Shown piece after piece: positions 27,267 through 35,735 of a stretch of DNA of 35,735 bases. Each line of letters starts with the position of its first letter. The stretch's first letter is position 1. The DNA is from Gammaproteobacteria bacterium. Lineage in GTDB: Bacteria; Pseudomonadota; Gammaproteobacteria; SG8-11. The notes beneath the pieces are model-generated. The model ran no database searches and was not told the origin of the DNA. It saw nothing but the letters and a program-made list of their open reading frames with translations. A program made the translations under genes and the position numbers. Location: contig JANOOV010000361.1 in the NCBI GenBank assembly GCA_031421535.1, positions 1-35,735 on the forward strand. Direction: 5' to 3'.

Positions 27267-28376
27267 TCAGATCACGATCAGCTCAGCCTGCAACGCGCCC
27301 GACTGTTTTAACGCTTCAAGAATCGCAATCAAATCACCCGGAGCAGCGCCGACGTTATTCACCGCGCGCACGATTTCGTCCAGCGACACGCCAGTTTCAA
27401 ACAGGAACATGCGGCTGCCGCCTTCCTTGACTTGAATGTCCGTCACCGTCTCGACCACGGTGGCGCCGCCCGACAACGGAGCGGGCTGGCTGATGACCGG
27501 GCGGTTGGTGATGGTGACGGTGAGGCCGCCGTGCGTGACTGCGGCTGGCGTAACCTTGACATGCTTACCGATCACGATGGTGCCGGTGCGTGAATTTACG
27601 ATAATGCGCGCCGGGCTCTCCCCCGGCTCGACCATGATATTTTCAAGCTCTGACACAAAGCCGACGCGCTGCGCCGCTTCCTGCGGCGCATGCACGCGAA
27701 TCGTGCCGCCATCCACGGCGCTGGCCAGGCCCTCGCCCAAGGCTTTGTCAATTGCGCCCGCCATGCGGCGTGCCGTGGTGAAATCGGCATTGCGCAGATT
27801 CAGATATACAAACTCACCGGTGAGAAACGGATTGTTCACCACCCGCTCCACCGATGCGCCACCGGGAATTCTGCCAACACTTGGCACGTTGACCGTGACC
27901 TTGGAACCATCGGTGCCCGCCACGCCGAAGCCGCCGACCACCACATTGCCTTGTGCGATGGCGTAGACGTTGCCATCGGCGCCTTTGAGCGGCGACATCA
28001 CCAGGCTGCCGCCACGCAGGCTCTTGGCATTGGCGATGGACGACACCGTGACGTCGATGGTTTGACCGGGCTTGGCGAACGCGGGCAACTCGGCACTTAA
28101 AGACACCGCCGCGATATTTTTCACCTGCGCGTTCACGCCCGGCGGAATGGTGATGCCGAATTGCGCCAGCATGCTTTTTAAACTTTGCACCGTGAACGGC
28201 GCCTGCGAAGTCTGATCACCGGTGCCGTCAAGACCGACCACCAGGCCATAGCCGGTGAGTTGGTTGTTGCGCACACCGCCGATGGCAGCGAGATCCTTGA
28301 TGCGCTCGGCCTGAGCGTCGTTAACCAGCACGGGAGCAGTTATCAACAATCCTAAAATCAAGCGGCTGAATTTCAT
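27267..28376 (-). CDS. flgI: P-ring protein FlgI
   Basis: [50 protein letters not shown]. Confidence 0.97.
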   Translation of the reverse strand: MKFSRLILGLLITAPVLVNDAQAERIKDLAAIGGVRNNQLTGYGLVVGLDGTGDQTSQAPFTVQSLKSMLAQFGITIPPGVNAQVKNIAAVSLSAELPAFAKPGQTIDVTVSSIANAKSLRGGSLVMSPLKGADGNVYAIAQGNVVVGGFGVAGTDGSKVTVNVPSVGRIPGGASVERVVNNPFLTGEFVYLNLRNADFTTARRMAGAIDKALGEGLASAVDGGTIRVHAPQEAAQRVGFVSELENIMVEPGESPARIIVNSRTGTIVIGKHVKVTPAAVTHGGLTVTITNRPVISQPAPLSGGATVVETVTDIQVKEGGSRMFLFETGVSLDEIVRAVNNVGAAPGDLIAILEALKQSGALQAELIVI

Positions 28377-28395
28377 TTGCTGCTCCGTGAGATTT

Positions 28396-28414
28396 CTTGC
28401 CGGAAACCGGCAAG
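28396..28414. promoter_or_regulatory. TTGCCG-N5-CGGCAA palindrome upstream of flgI
   Basis: CTTGCCGG-AAA-CCGGCAAG; same core as the site upstream of flgB. Confidence 0.5.
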
Positions 28415-28478
28415 GGTTAACACCGCTCTAATGAATGTGCTCTGCATAATTCCCATGACAATGCGCCACTGGACCACT

Positions 28479-28563
28479 TCCCCCTTTGAAAAAGGGGGAC
28501 TGAGGGGGATTTAAAGTTCCTCGACTGCTTAAATCCCCCTGCCCCCCTTTGTCAAAGGGGGGC
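28479..28563. repeat. Composite C/G-run palindromic repeat (CCCCCTTT-N3-AAAGGGGG doublet)
   Basis: Hairpins TCCCCCTTT-GAA-AAAGGGGGA (28479-28499) and GCCCCCCTTT-GTC-AAAGGGGGGC (28541-28563) flank the IR AGGGGGATTTAA / TTAAATCCCCCT. Confidence 0.8.
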
Positions 28564-28584
28564 ACATCGTGCAAATGTAAAAAT

Positions 28585-29262
28585 TCAAAACGGCCACCAC
28601 GAACTCTGGAAGAAACGTGCCATCCAGCCCGACTGGTTCGCGTCCGCAAGCGCGCCTTCGCCCGCGTAGCTGATCTGCGCATCGGCCACTTGCGTGGAGA
28701 GCACGGTATTATCGGGCGCTACGTCGGCGGCGCGGATTACACCCGACAACTGAATACGCTCGCTGCCTTGATTCAAGGTCAGCAACTTTTCACCGCGCAC
28801 CATCAGATTGCCGTTGGGCAAGACGTTGATCACCGTGACCGAGATGCGCCCGGTCAAACTGTTGCTCTGCGTGCTGTCGCCTTCGCCGCTGAAGTCGCGC
28901 GAAGCGTCAGCGGTCGCGGCCAGAATCTGTTGGCCGAGGTAGGTCACCGGCCCGCCGAACATCGACGGGGTCGCGATGTCCATGCTGTTTTCTTTTTTGG
29001 TCTTGGTGCTGGCTTTTTTACTGGCGTTGGTTTTTTCGATCAATTGAATAGTGATGATGTCGCCGATGCGACGCGCGCGTTGATCGGCAAACAACGCCAT
29101 TTCGTAACCCGCGCGGTAAATCGCGCCGTCGTTGACCGGCAGCGGCTGCGAATACGCAGGCAACACGCTGGAAAATGCCGGGTCCGGCTTGGGCGGCGTG
29201 TTGGTGCAACCGCCGACAACGGTGATGAGCGACGCAAGCGCGATGATGCGTTTCATATCCAC
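28585..29262 (-). CDS. flgH: L-ring lipoprotein FlgH (start 29262 or 29256)
   Basis: Lipobox VGGC, LF.D.RA..IGDI.TI, VLPNGNL.VRGEK, GW..RFF.S..WPF. Confidence 0.96.
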   Translation of the reverse strand: MDMKRIIALASLITVVGGCTNTPPKPDPAFSSVLPAYSQPLPVNDGAIYRAGYEMALFADQRARRIGDIITIQLIEKTNASKKASTKTKKENSMDIATPSMFGGPVTYLGQQILAATADASRDFSGEGDSTQSNSLTGRISVTVINVLPNGNLMVRGEKLLTLNQGSERIQLSGVIRAADVAPDNTVLSTQVADAQISYAGEGALADANQSGWMARFFQSSWWPF

Positions 29263-29264
29263 CT

Positions 29265-30050
29265 CTACAAGTTGTTGTTCACGTATTGCAGCATTTGATC
29301 GGTGGTCGCAATCGCCTTGGAATTCAGCTCGTAGGCGCGTTGCGCTTCGATCATGTCCACCAGTTCTTCCACGACGTTGACATTTGAAGTTTCCAGACTG
29401 CCCTGATTCACCGAACCCAGGCCATTACTGTTGGGCGTGCCGATCTGCGGCGAGCCGCTGGAGCCGGACTCGTGAAACAGGTTTTCGCCCACTGCCTGCA
29501 GCCCGGTCGGGTTCACAAAATCCGCGAGCTGAATACTGCCGATCTGCGTCGGCGTGGTGCCGCCCGGCACCATCACCGACACCGTGCCGTCCAGCCCGAT
29601 GGTCAGACTGGTGGCGTTGCCGGGGATGGAAATCGCCGGTTGGACCAGATAGCCCTGCGAGGTCACGAGCTGACCCTGCGAGTTCATCTGGAAAGCGCCA
29701 TTGCGGCTGTAGGCCAGACTGCCGTCGGGCGACAGCACTTGATAAAACCCGCGCCCTTGAATCGCAACGTCCAGGGAATTATTGGTTTGCACCACATTAC
29801 CCTGCGTGTGAATTTTCTCCGTCGCCACCATGCGCACACCGGTGCCCAGCGAAAGCCCCGACGGCAATTGCGTGTCCTGCGACGATTGCGCGCCGACCTG
29901 CCGGACGTTTTGATACAGCAGGTCTTCGAACACCGCACGGCCGCGTTTGAAGCCGTTGGTGCTGACGTTGGCCAGGTTGTTGCTGATGACCGACAGGCGC
30001 AGTTGCTGCGCATCGAGACCGGACTTTGCGACCCACATTGCTGAATACAT
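29265..30050 (-). CDS. flgG: Distal rod protein FlgG
   Basis: [43 protein letters not shown]. Confidence 0.97.
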   Translation of the reverse strand: MYSAMWVAKSGLDAQQLRLSVISNNLANVSTNGFKRGRAVFEDLLYQNVRQVGAQSSQDTQLPSGLSLGTGVRMVATEKIHTQGNVVQTNNSLDVAIQGRGFYQVLSPDGSLAYSRNGAFQMNSQGQLVTSQGYLVQPAISIPGNATSLTIGLDGTVSVMVPGGTTPTQIGSIQLADFVNPTGLQAVGENLFHESGSSGSPQIGTPNSNGLGSVNQGSLETSNVNVVEELVDMIEAQRAYELNSKAIATTDQMLQYVNNNL

Positions 30051-30066
30051 TTAACACCTCGTTTAT

Positions 30067-30117
30067 GTAGGCCGGGTTGCCAGACCCGGCAAATCGCGCC
30101 GAGGGCGGCGCTCCTAC
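30067..30117. repeat. Pair of convergent GTAG REPs (BIME-like)
   Basis: Plus strand GTAG-GCCGGGT-TGCCAG-ACCCGGC; minus strand GTAGGAGCGCCGCCCTCGGCGCGA, related to the 23850 REP. Confidence 0.78.
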
Positions 30118-30121
30118 GCTG

Positions 30122-30862
30122 TTATGACAGCTTCATCATCTGTGTCGTGACTGCGTCGTTTTCTTCGGCGGTCTTCATCAATTTAATCTGTAGTTCGTAC
30201 TGGCGTGCGAGCGTGATCTGCTGCACCAAGGCTTCAATCGGGTTGACGTTGCTGCTCTCAAGCGCACCCGAGGCGATGTTGACGTTGGCATCCGGCTCGA
30301 CCGCTGCGCCGTTTTTCATGCGCATCAGGCCGTCTTCGCCCTTGACCAGTTGGCGCACGTCGGGATTCACCAGGCGGATGCGATCCACCACCGCCAGATT
30401 GGTGGCCGACTGCCCCACGGGACGAATCGAAATTCCACCGTTGACGCCGATCTCGATTTTCTCCGCCGGTGGAATCACGATGGGGCCGCCGTTACCCAGC
30501 AACGGCAACCCGGCGCCATTCGTCAACACTCCGCCCGCGCCCAAATGTAAATCACCGGCACGTGTGTACGCTTCGGAGCCATCGCGCGCCTGCACCGCGA
30601 ACCAGCCGCTGCCTTCGATGGCGAGGTCCAGGTCGCGCCCGGTGGATTGAATCACCCCCGGCGTGAGATCCGTGGCCGGACGTTCGGCCATCGCATACAC
30701 GCGCGTAGGCAACCCCGAGCCGTACACCGGCATGGCGCGGAACGCGCTGAAATCCTGATGGAACGCAGTAGTGTTGACATTCGCAATGTTGTTGCTGATC
30801 GCCGCCTGCGCCAGCATGGTTTGCTTGGCGCCGGACATCGCCACGTACAACATACGGTCCAT
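30122..30862 (-). CDS. flgF: Proximal rod protein FlgF
   Basis: MDRMLYVAMSGA, TGRDLDLAI.G.GW.AVQ, YTRAG, LESSNVN. Confidence 0.96.
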   Translation of the reverse strand: MDRMLYVAMSGAKQTMLAQAAISNNIANVNTTAFHQDFSAFRAMPVYGSGLPTRVYAMAERPATDLTPGVIQSTGRDLDLAIEGSGWFAVQARDGSEAYTRAGDLHLGAGGVLTNGAGLPLLGNGGPIVIPPAEKIEIGVNGGISIRPVGQSATNLAVVDRIRLVNPDVRQLVKGEDGLMRMKNGAAVEPDANVNIASGALESSNVNPIEALVQQITLARQYELQIKLMKTAEENDAVTTQMMKLS

Positions 30863-30897
30863 GATTTCTGCTCCTCGTTATCATTTCAGCATTGCAT

Positions 30898-30918
30898 CGT
30901 GCGCATGGCGCACGCTAC
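30898..30918 (-). repeat. GTAG-family REP element
   Basis: GTAG-CGTGCGC-CAT-GCGCACG, immediately after the flgE stop. Confidence 0.7.
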
Positions 30919-30921
30919 GTA

Positions 30922-32139
30922 TTAACGGATATTGATGATGGTTTGCGTGACGGTGTCTTCGGTGGAAATCACCTGCGCGTTCGCCTGATAGTTACGTTGC
31001 GCGGTGATCAGGTTTACGAGTTGTTCCGCGACATCAACGTTGGACGATTCCACCGCGCCGGACTGAATCAGCCCGAAGGTGCCACGTCCCGCTTCGCCCA
31101 GCACACGGTCGCCGGAAGTAAATGTCTCGCCCCAGGAGGTGTCGCCTAATTGATTTAACCCATTGGAATTCGCGAAGCTCGCCATGGCCACTTTGCCCAA
31201 AATATTCGATTGGCCGTTGGTGTAACGCGCCGACACGATGCCGGTGGAGTCGATGTTGATACCGGTCAAACGGCCGGTGGCATAACCGTCCTGTGACAAG
31301 GCGTTCACCGCAAACGCGCTGCCAAATTGGGTGGTCGCCGAATAGTTGATGGCGAGATTGATCGGCAGCGCGCCGGTGGTGGTCGGAATCGGCCCATAGT
31401 TGAGCGGCGTCACGGTCGCCAGCGTGCCGTCTGGATTGAACGCCAGGGTGTCCGGCGAACCCGGCGCCTGCACGCCATCCACGTAGATATAGCTGGTCCA
31501 CGAGTTGACCACCGGATCCTTGCGGAAGTAATTGGTTGCCGTGTGCGCGGTGCCCAGCGAGTCGTAAACCACCAACGACGAGGAATTGTTGTAGGTGGCT
31601 GGATCGTTTGGATTGAACGGTGTTACCGCCGGGATCACCGCCGCCGCCGCAGGCAGGTTCACTGCCACGGTCGCAGCGGTGGTCGCGGCGGGTGCGCCTT
31701 CGGAGGTTTGTAATTGCAAATCACTCAACACCCCGGTATCGAAATTTCCGCCGCTGGCCGCAGGGAACACTTGCATGCGCGCATCCTGGTTGTTCACAAC
31801 GTAACCGTTGCGGTCCAGGTGAAACGAACCGGAGCGGCTGTATATATTCGCGCCGTTATCGCTGAGCACAAAAAAACCATCGCCGTTGATCGCCATGTCG
31901 AGGTTATTCGACGTGAATTCGATATTGCCCTGACTGAAATCCTGCGTGATCGCGGATACGCGTACACCGCTGCCCGGTGTGGTGCTGCCCACGCCCAGGA
32001 ACGACGCCGCGTAGACATCGACGAATTCGGTACGCGAACCCTTGAAGCCGGTGGTGCTGGCGTTGGCGATGTTGTTGCCGGTCACGTTAAGGTCGGTTTG
32101 CGCGGCATTCAAGCCGGAAAGTGCAGTGCGGAAACTCAT
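30922..32139 (-). CDS. flgE: Hook protein FlgE
   Basis: MSF.TALSGLNAA, GNNIANA.T.GFK, VYDSLG, ESSNVD..LV.LI.AQRNYQANA. Confidence 0.97.
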   Translation of the reverse strand: MSFRTALSGLNAAQTDLNVTGNNIANASTTGFKGSRTEFVDVYAASFLGVGSTTPGSGVRVSAITQDFSQGNIEFTSNNLDMAINGDGFFVLSDNGANIYSRSGSFHLDRNGYVVNNQDARMQVFPAASGGNFDTGVLSDLQLQTSEGAPAATTAATVAVNLPAAAAVIPAVTPFNPNDPATYNNSSSLVVYDSLGTAHTATNYFRKDPVVNSWTSYIYVDGVQAPGSPDTLAFNPDGTLATVTPLNYGPIPTTTGALPINLAINYSATTQFGSAFAVNALSQDGYATGRLTGINIDSTGIVSARYTNGQSNILGKVAMASFANSNGLNQLGDTSWGETFTSGDRVLGEAGRGTFGLIQSGAVESSNVDVAEQLVNLITAQRNYQANAQVISTEDTVTQTIINIR

Positions 32140-32168
32140 GGTTGCTCTCCTTCAGTGGTGATCAATAA

Positions 32169-32855
32169 TTAGAATATTTGCCGTACGTCGCTGAAATTCA
32201 CCGACCCCAAGGCACCGACGTTGAGCGTCATCCCCGCGCCGTTACGCCCGATCATGACACTTTCAACCGGAGCGACCGCCAGCGTGTCGAAGCTGTAAGT
32301 TTTGTCGTTGAATTTTGCTTCCGCACTGACCTTGTAAATACCGGCGGCGAGCGGCAAGCCCGCATCGCTGGTGCCGTCCCATTCATAGCGGACCTGTCCG
32401 GCGTTTTGCTGCCCGAGATTGACCGATCTGACGATTTCACCGGCGCCGTTATAGATCTTCACCTGTAAATTGCCGACGGCATTGGGCAGATCGACAACAC
32501 CCTGCATCGTGCCCTTGCCGGTGGGCGGCAGATAGCCTTGTTTGGAATTGATCAGCACGTTACGCCCCACCAGGCCCGAGGCTTGTAACGCCTGATTGGA
32601 TTGCAACGCGAGACCCAGCGAGTCAAACGACTTTTTCAAATCCTGCACACCCGAAGCGGTCGTGAATTGCGACAGCTGCGCGACGAACTCCTGGTTCTTC
32701 AACGGTTCGAGCGGGTTCTGGTTTTTCATTTGCGTGATCATCAGCGTGAGGAACGCATCCTGCCCCAAGGGCTCTTTCTTTTTTTGGTCTTCAGGTCGTG
32801 CGCCTAAGCCGAGCTGATCGATGGTATGGCTGAAATCGGTACCGACGGGATTCAT
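32169..32855 (-). CDS. flgD: Hook cap FlgD
   Basis: LGQDAFLTLMITQMKNQNPLEP, FVAQLSQF, QAS.LVGR, WDG. Confidence 0.95.
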   Translation of the reverse strand: MNPVGTDFSHTIDQLGLGARPEDQKKKEPLGQDAFLTLMITQMKNQNPLEPLKNQEFVAQLSQFTTASGVQDLKKSFDSLGLALQSNQALQASGLVGRNVLINSKQGYLPPTGKGTMQGVVDLPNAVGNLQVKIYNGAGEIVRSVNLGQQNAGQVRYEWDGTSDAGLPLAAGIYKVSAEAKFNDKTYSFDTLAVAPVESVMIGRNGAGMTLNVGALGSVNFSDVRQIF

Positions 32856-32869
32856 GAGCTGTTCTCCTT

Positions 32870-33283
32870 CTATTCGCCGAGCGACAAGGTGCGCATCAAC
32901 ATCTGCTTCGAGGTATTCACCACCTCAACATTGGCCTGATAGGAACGTGACGCCGAAATCATGTTGGCCATTTCTTCCACCGTGTTCACATTGGGCATGA
33001 AGATGTAACCGTCTTCGTTGGCCAGCGGATGATTGGGTGCGTAACGCTGCGGTAATGGTTCCTGGCTTTCGACAATACCGAGCACCTTCACGCGCACATC
33101 CGGCGACTCGTTGAATACATCATCAAGCGTTGCGGCGAACACTGGCTGGCGCGCGCGATACGTCGTGCCTGCGCTGCTGCTCACGCTGTCGGCGTTGGCC
33201 AGGTTGCTCGATACCGTATTTAAACGGATCGCCTGTGCACTCATGCCGGACGCGGCAATATCGAAAATTCGGAACAGCGACAT
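32870..33283 (-). CDS. flgC: Rod protein FlgC
   Basis: SGMSAQ..RLNTVSSNLANA, HPLA..GY..PNVN.VEEMANMISASRSYQAN. Confidence 0.97.
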   Translation of the reverse strand: MSLFRIFDIAASGMSAQAIRLNTVSSNLANADSVSSSAGTTYRARQPVFAATLDDVFNESPDVRVKVLGIVESQEPLPQRYAPNHPLANEDGYIFMPNVNTVEEMANMISASRSYQANVEVVNTSKQMLMRTLSLGE

Positions 33284-33286
33284 GCA

Positions 33287-33688
33287 TTACTCTCCTCTGA
33301 TGGCCGACAGCAAGGTGCGGATTTTGCCGTCGAGAAATTTCAGGCTCGCCTGATACTCCACGGCATTGCGCAGAAATTCGCTTTTCTCGAATTCGCTGTC
33401 GACGCTGTTGCCGTCCAACGCTGCCGCATGCGGCGTACGAAACAGGATGTCTGCGCCGAAGCGCTCCTGGTCCGGCGCGGCGATATGCGCCGCATCGGTC
33501 ACGCGCAGGTGCGCAGGATTTAACTCTTGATTGGCGGAGGCGAGCGCGGCGGAGAAATCAATGTCGCGCGCCTGGTAGTGCGGGGTGTCGGCGTTGGCGA
33601 TGTTCTGCGCGAGCAGTTGCGCCCGCGTCGCACGCACGCGCAGCGCCTGTTCATGCACACCGAAGTAATTGTCGAGCACCTGCACCAT
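33287..33688 (-). CDS. flgB: Rod protein FlgB (ATG 33688, GAGGTG RBS)
   Basis: AQNIANADTPHY.ARDIDF, DGNSVD, YQASL.FL. The longer GTG start at 33739 overlaps the sigma54 promoter. Confidence 0.95.
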   Translation of the reverse strand: MVQVLDNYFGVHEQALRVRATRAQLLAQNIANADTPHYQARDIDFSAALASANQELNPAHLRVTDAAHIAAPDQERFGADILFRTPHAAALDGNSVDSEFEKSEFLRNAVEYQASLKFLDGKIRTLLSAIRGE

Positions 33689-33722
33689 GTGAGCACCTCG
33701 CCGAATCGTCCTGAATGGATTC

Positions 33723-33738
33723 AGCAAGTGCCGTGCCA
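33723..33738 (-). promoter_or_regulatory. Sigma54 (RpoN) promoter of the flgB operon
   Basis: TGGCACG-GCAC-TTGCT, an exact -24/-12 consensus 35 bp upstream of flgB. Confidence 0.88.
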
Positions 33739-33790
33739 CACGGTTTAATCTGGGGGTTTTACGGATTTTCTATCGATTTTCGGAAGAGGA

Positions 33791-33807
33791 TTGCCGCAAG
33801 ACGGCAA
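33791..33807. promoter_or_regulatory. Candidate enhancer-binding-protein site TTGCCG-N5-CGGCAA
   Basis: TTGCCG-CAAGA-CGGCAA lies 53-69 bp upstream of the sigma54 site, with an extra CGGCAG half-site at 33810. Confidence 0.55.
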
Positions 33808-33821
33808 CGCGGCAGTGCAGG

Positions 33822-35189
33822 TCAGTGGCCGTCGAACGTCCACGGATTAGTGAATGCCGCTTGCGCACCCTGCCACCACGCGCGCCAGGCGGCAATGGAT
33901 TGAAGTTGTTTGGCAATGAACTCATCCGATTCGAAGGCAATGGATTGGCCGGAGCGGATCAATAATTCCATGTGGGCGTGCTGGCGGGCTTGGGCGTTGC
34001 GGTGCGGATTGGCAAGGTCCTCGATGCAGGTCTGCAACGTGAAGGGCTGGCCGTGACGCCAGCGCGGCGCGGCGTTAAATGGTTTGGCGTGCGCGTGCCA
34101 CCAGCGTTGCCACGGTTCGGGTTGCGTGCACACGCGCTGGACTTGATGAGTGCGCGGCGGGTTGGGTGACTCGGCCGCAGTCTTTTTGGGTTCGCCGGTG
34201 ATGTCTTCAGGGGTCAGGTCTTCATCTGGTTCTTCGACGGTGAGATTTTCGGTGAGTCCCGCGCCGGTGATCAATTGCAAGGCGTTCGCCGCTTCAAGTC
34301 GCACGACTGCGTCGCTGGAGTTGAGCCCGTCGAGCAAATGTGGAATTCCATGAATGTCGCCAAACACACCCAGCGCCGCATAGGCCGGTGCTTTCATTTC
34401 CGGGAACTGAACCGCGCGCGCAAGGATCACGTAGGCTTCGCGCCCGGCGGCCATCGCCAGACACATCAACCCCACGGGTGTATCGGCCGACGCGGAACCG
34501 GTGCGCGTGAGTTCCTGCAATGCGCGACGCGAGCCGAGTAACAACAAGGGCAATTGCCAGCCGGATTGCGGTGCGGGTTTAATATCAAAAATGGCTTGCT
34601 CCAACGCCGGGAGCGCGCTGCGATCACCCCACCGCACCAACGCGATCACTGCCGCGCCGCTAACCATTGCGTCGGGGTGGCGCAGCAAGGGCCACAAATG
34701 TTTTGGATCACCCTCACGGCGATAGCCCAAAATCTCAGTGCACGCGACACGAATGATGAGCCGCTCATGGCCCAGCAGCGTCAGAAGTTTTTCGCTCAAG
34801 AGCGGGTGTCGTACGTGTTTGAATGCTTCGACGTAGAGATGTAATTGATCGTCGGGTGCTTTGGTGAATGCGTCAACGACGGCGGTCAATGCTTGACCTT
34901 TATCGTTGATGGAGGACGCAACATATACGGCGCCGAGGATTTGATCCTCATCGCCGCCCACAAGAAACTCCAGTGCGCATTGATAGGCGAGCTCCCCGCC
35001 GAGGTCGATGCTGTCCACGTGGGCGGCGAGGCGCTCTTCACTCTCTTCCACATCAAGCCACGCAATGGACGCATCGGCAAAATAGGATTGGCGGTAGGTG
35101 AGCAGGAAGCCTGCTTCAGTGAGGTGCTCGGTGTACAGTCCTACATTAAATTGATGAAGTGTTGTGGCCATGGATTTATTTAAACTCAA
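33822..35189 (-). CDS. TIGR02270-like HEAT-repeat protein (start possibly ATG 35171)
   Basis: EH..EA.FL, EERLAAH.D N-terminus, HEAT-like repeats, A..AL.LITG, W..WW..F..RWRHG.P, ELLIR. Confidence 0.72.
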   Translation of the reverse strand: MSLNKSMATTLHQFNVGLYTEHLTEAGFLLTYRQSYFADASIAWLDVEESEERLAAHVDSIDLGGELAYQCALEFLVGGDEDQILGAVYVASSINDKGQALTAVVDAFTKAPDDQLHLYVEAFKHVRHPLLSEKLLTLLGHERLIIRVACTEILGYRREGDPKHLWPLLRHPDAMVSGAAVIALVRWGDRSALPALEQAIFDIKPAPQSGWQLPLLLLGSRRALQELTRTGSASADTPVGLMCLAMAAGREAYVILARAVQFPEMKAPAYAALGVFGDIHGIPHLLDGLNSSDAVVRLEAANALQLITGAGLTENLTVEEPDEDLTPEDITGEPKKTAAESPNPPRTHQVQRVCTQPEPWQRWWHAHAKPFNAAPRWRHGQPFTLQTCIEDLANPHRNAQARQHAHMELLIRSGQSIAFESDEFIAKQLQSIAAWRAWWQGAQAAFTNPWTFDGH

Positions 35190-35261
35190 ACCGATTGTTC
35201 ATAACGTTTTCCAATGGGGATTTAGATCATGCTCCTCATACAATACGCACCCCAGCGGGGC

Positions 35262-35735
35262 TTACGATAAGCGTGATAACAACTCGATTTGCCGCTGCGC
35301 TGGGGCAGTGATATTGAACAATGGGACGCTGGAGTGAAGCATGGAAAGTTCGAGTGCCGCGCCATAGCGTAACTGCTGATTACCGTGCCGTAGCACCGAT
35401 TGCAATTGCTCAGGCGTGACCGGTTTTCCTAAGAGATAACGCGTTCCGGATTTGTACCGTGCCTGGTTCTGGTCCCACCACGCGGAGACGCGGGAAGCAT
35501 CGGGCCACGGCAGAAACTCATCGGGGTCGGTAAGCGCTTCGTCGTCTTCGTTCATTGGCACGGGTGGTTCGGCTTCGAGTTTTTCGTCTGCGAGATTCAC
35601 ACCGATGATGGTGCAAAACGATTCCGCTGCGATGCGCGCGAGATCCGTTACGCCCATGATAGTAATCAATCCCGGCACAAACGCCGGGTCGCCGATAATG
35701 CCTGCGCCCTGCGCGACGAGACGCACGTTGGCTGC
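35262..35735 (-). CDS. TIGR02270-family protein, C-terminal part (start outside window)
   Basis: AG.IGDP..VP.LI..M, AR.AAESF..I.G, DPDEFLPWPD..WW..RYLLGKP, G.Q..R..AALEL, APA.RQ. Confidence 0.82.
   Translation of the reverse strand, partial: AANVRLVAQGAGIIGDPAFVPGLITIMGVTDLARIAAESFCTIIGVNLADEKLEAEPPVPMNEDDEALTDPDEFLPWPDASRVSAWWDQNQARYKSGTRYLLGKPVTPEQLQSVLRHGNQQLRYGAALELSMLHSSVPLFNITAPAQRQIELLSRLS

Noticed and set aside
28428-28682. 84-aa ORF containing PPFDKGG / PFFKGG
   Set aside because: It is merely the translation of the palindromic repeat and overlaps flgH.
35190-35261. GAGGAG followed by a mini-ORF (ATG ATC TAA) between the TIGR02270-like genes
   Set aside because: SD-start spacing is too short and there is no supporting evidence for a leader peptide.
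1-35735. CRISPR array, rRNA, integrase, autonomous IS or defence system
   Set aside because: No regularly spaced direct repeats and no such protein motifs seen in the window.

Overview
Chromosomal window (roughly 55-60% GC by eye) of a probable Gammaproteobacterium, inferred from the slt-NDUFA9-cca synteny, a sigma54-driven flgB-L operon and GTAG REPs. Left half: 5' end of cca, a Zn-aminopeptidase lipoprotein, an NDUFA9-like SDR, slt, a 160-bp MITE, a membrane GAF-PAS-GGDEF-EAL protein, a porin, a His-rich glycine-zipper protein, a Sel1 protein, a four-lipoprotein operon (LPP20-like, LpoB-like, COG3014-like, LPP20-like), two orphan genes, gltX, a methyltransferase-fold protein, kef and gpx. 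Right half (minus strand): flgBCDEFGHIJKL with a muramidase-less FlgJ, then a lower-GC filament module (two tandem, ultra-short, divergent 238-aa flagellins, flaG, fliD, fliS, fliT), preceded by two TIGR02270-like HEAT-repeat genes. Best leads: the minimal divergent flagellin pair, the uncharacterised lipoprotein operon, the MITE, a repeated TTGCCG-N5-CGGCAA enhancer-like motif, and several distinct palindromic repeat families at flg gene junctions. No tRNA, rRNA or CRISPR array was seen. Family assignments come from motif recognition, not database searches.
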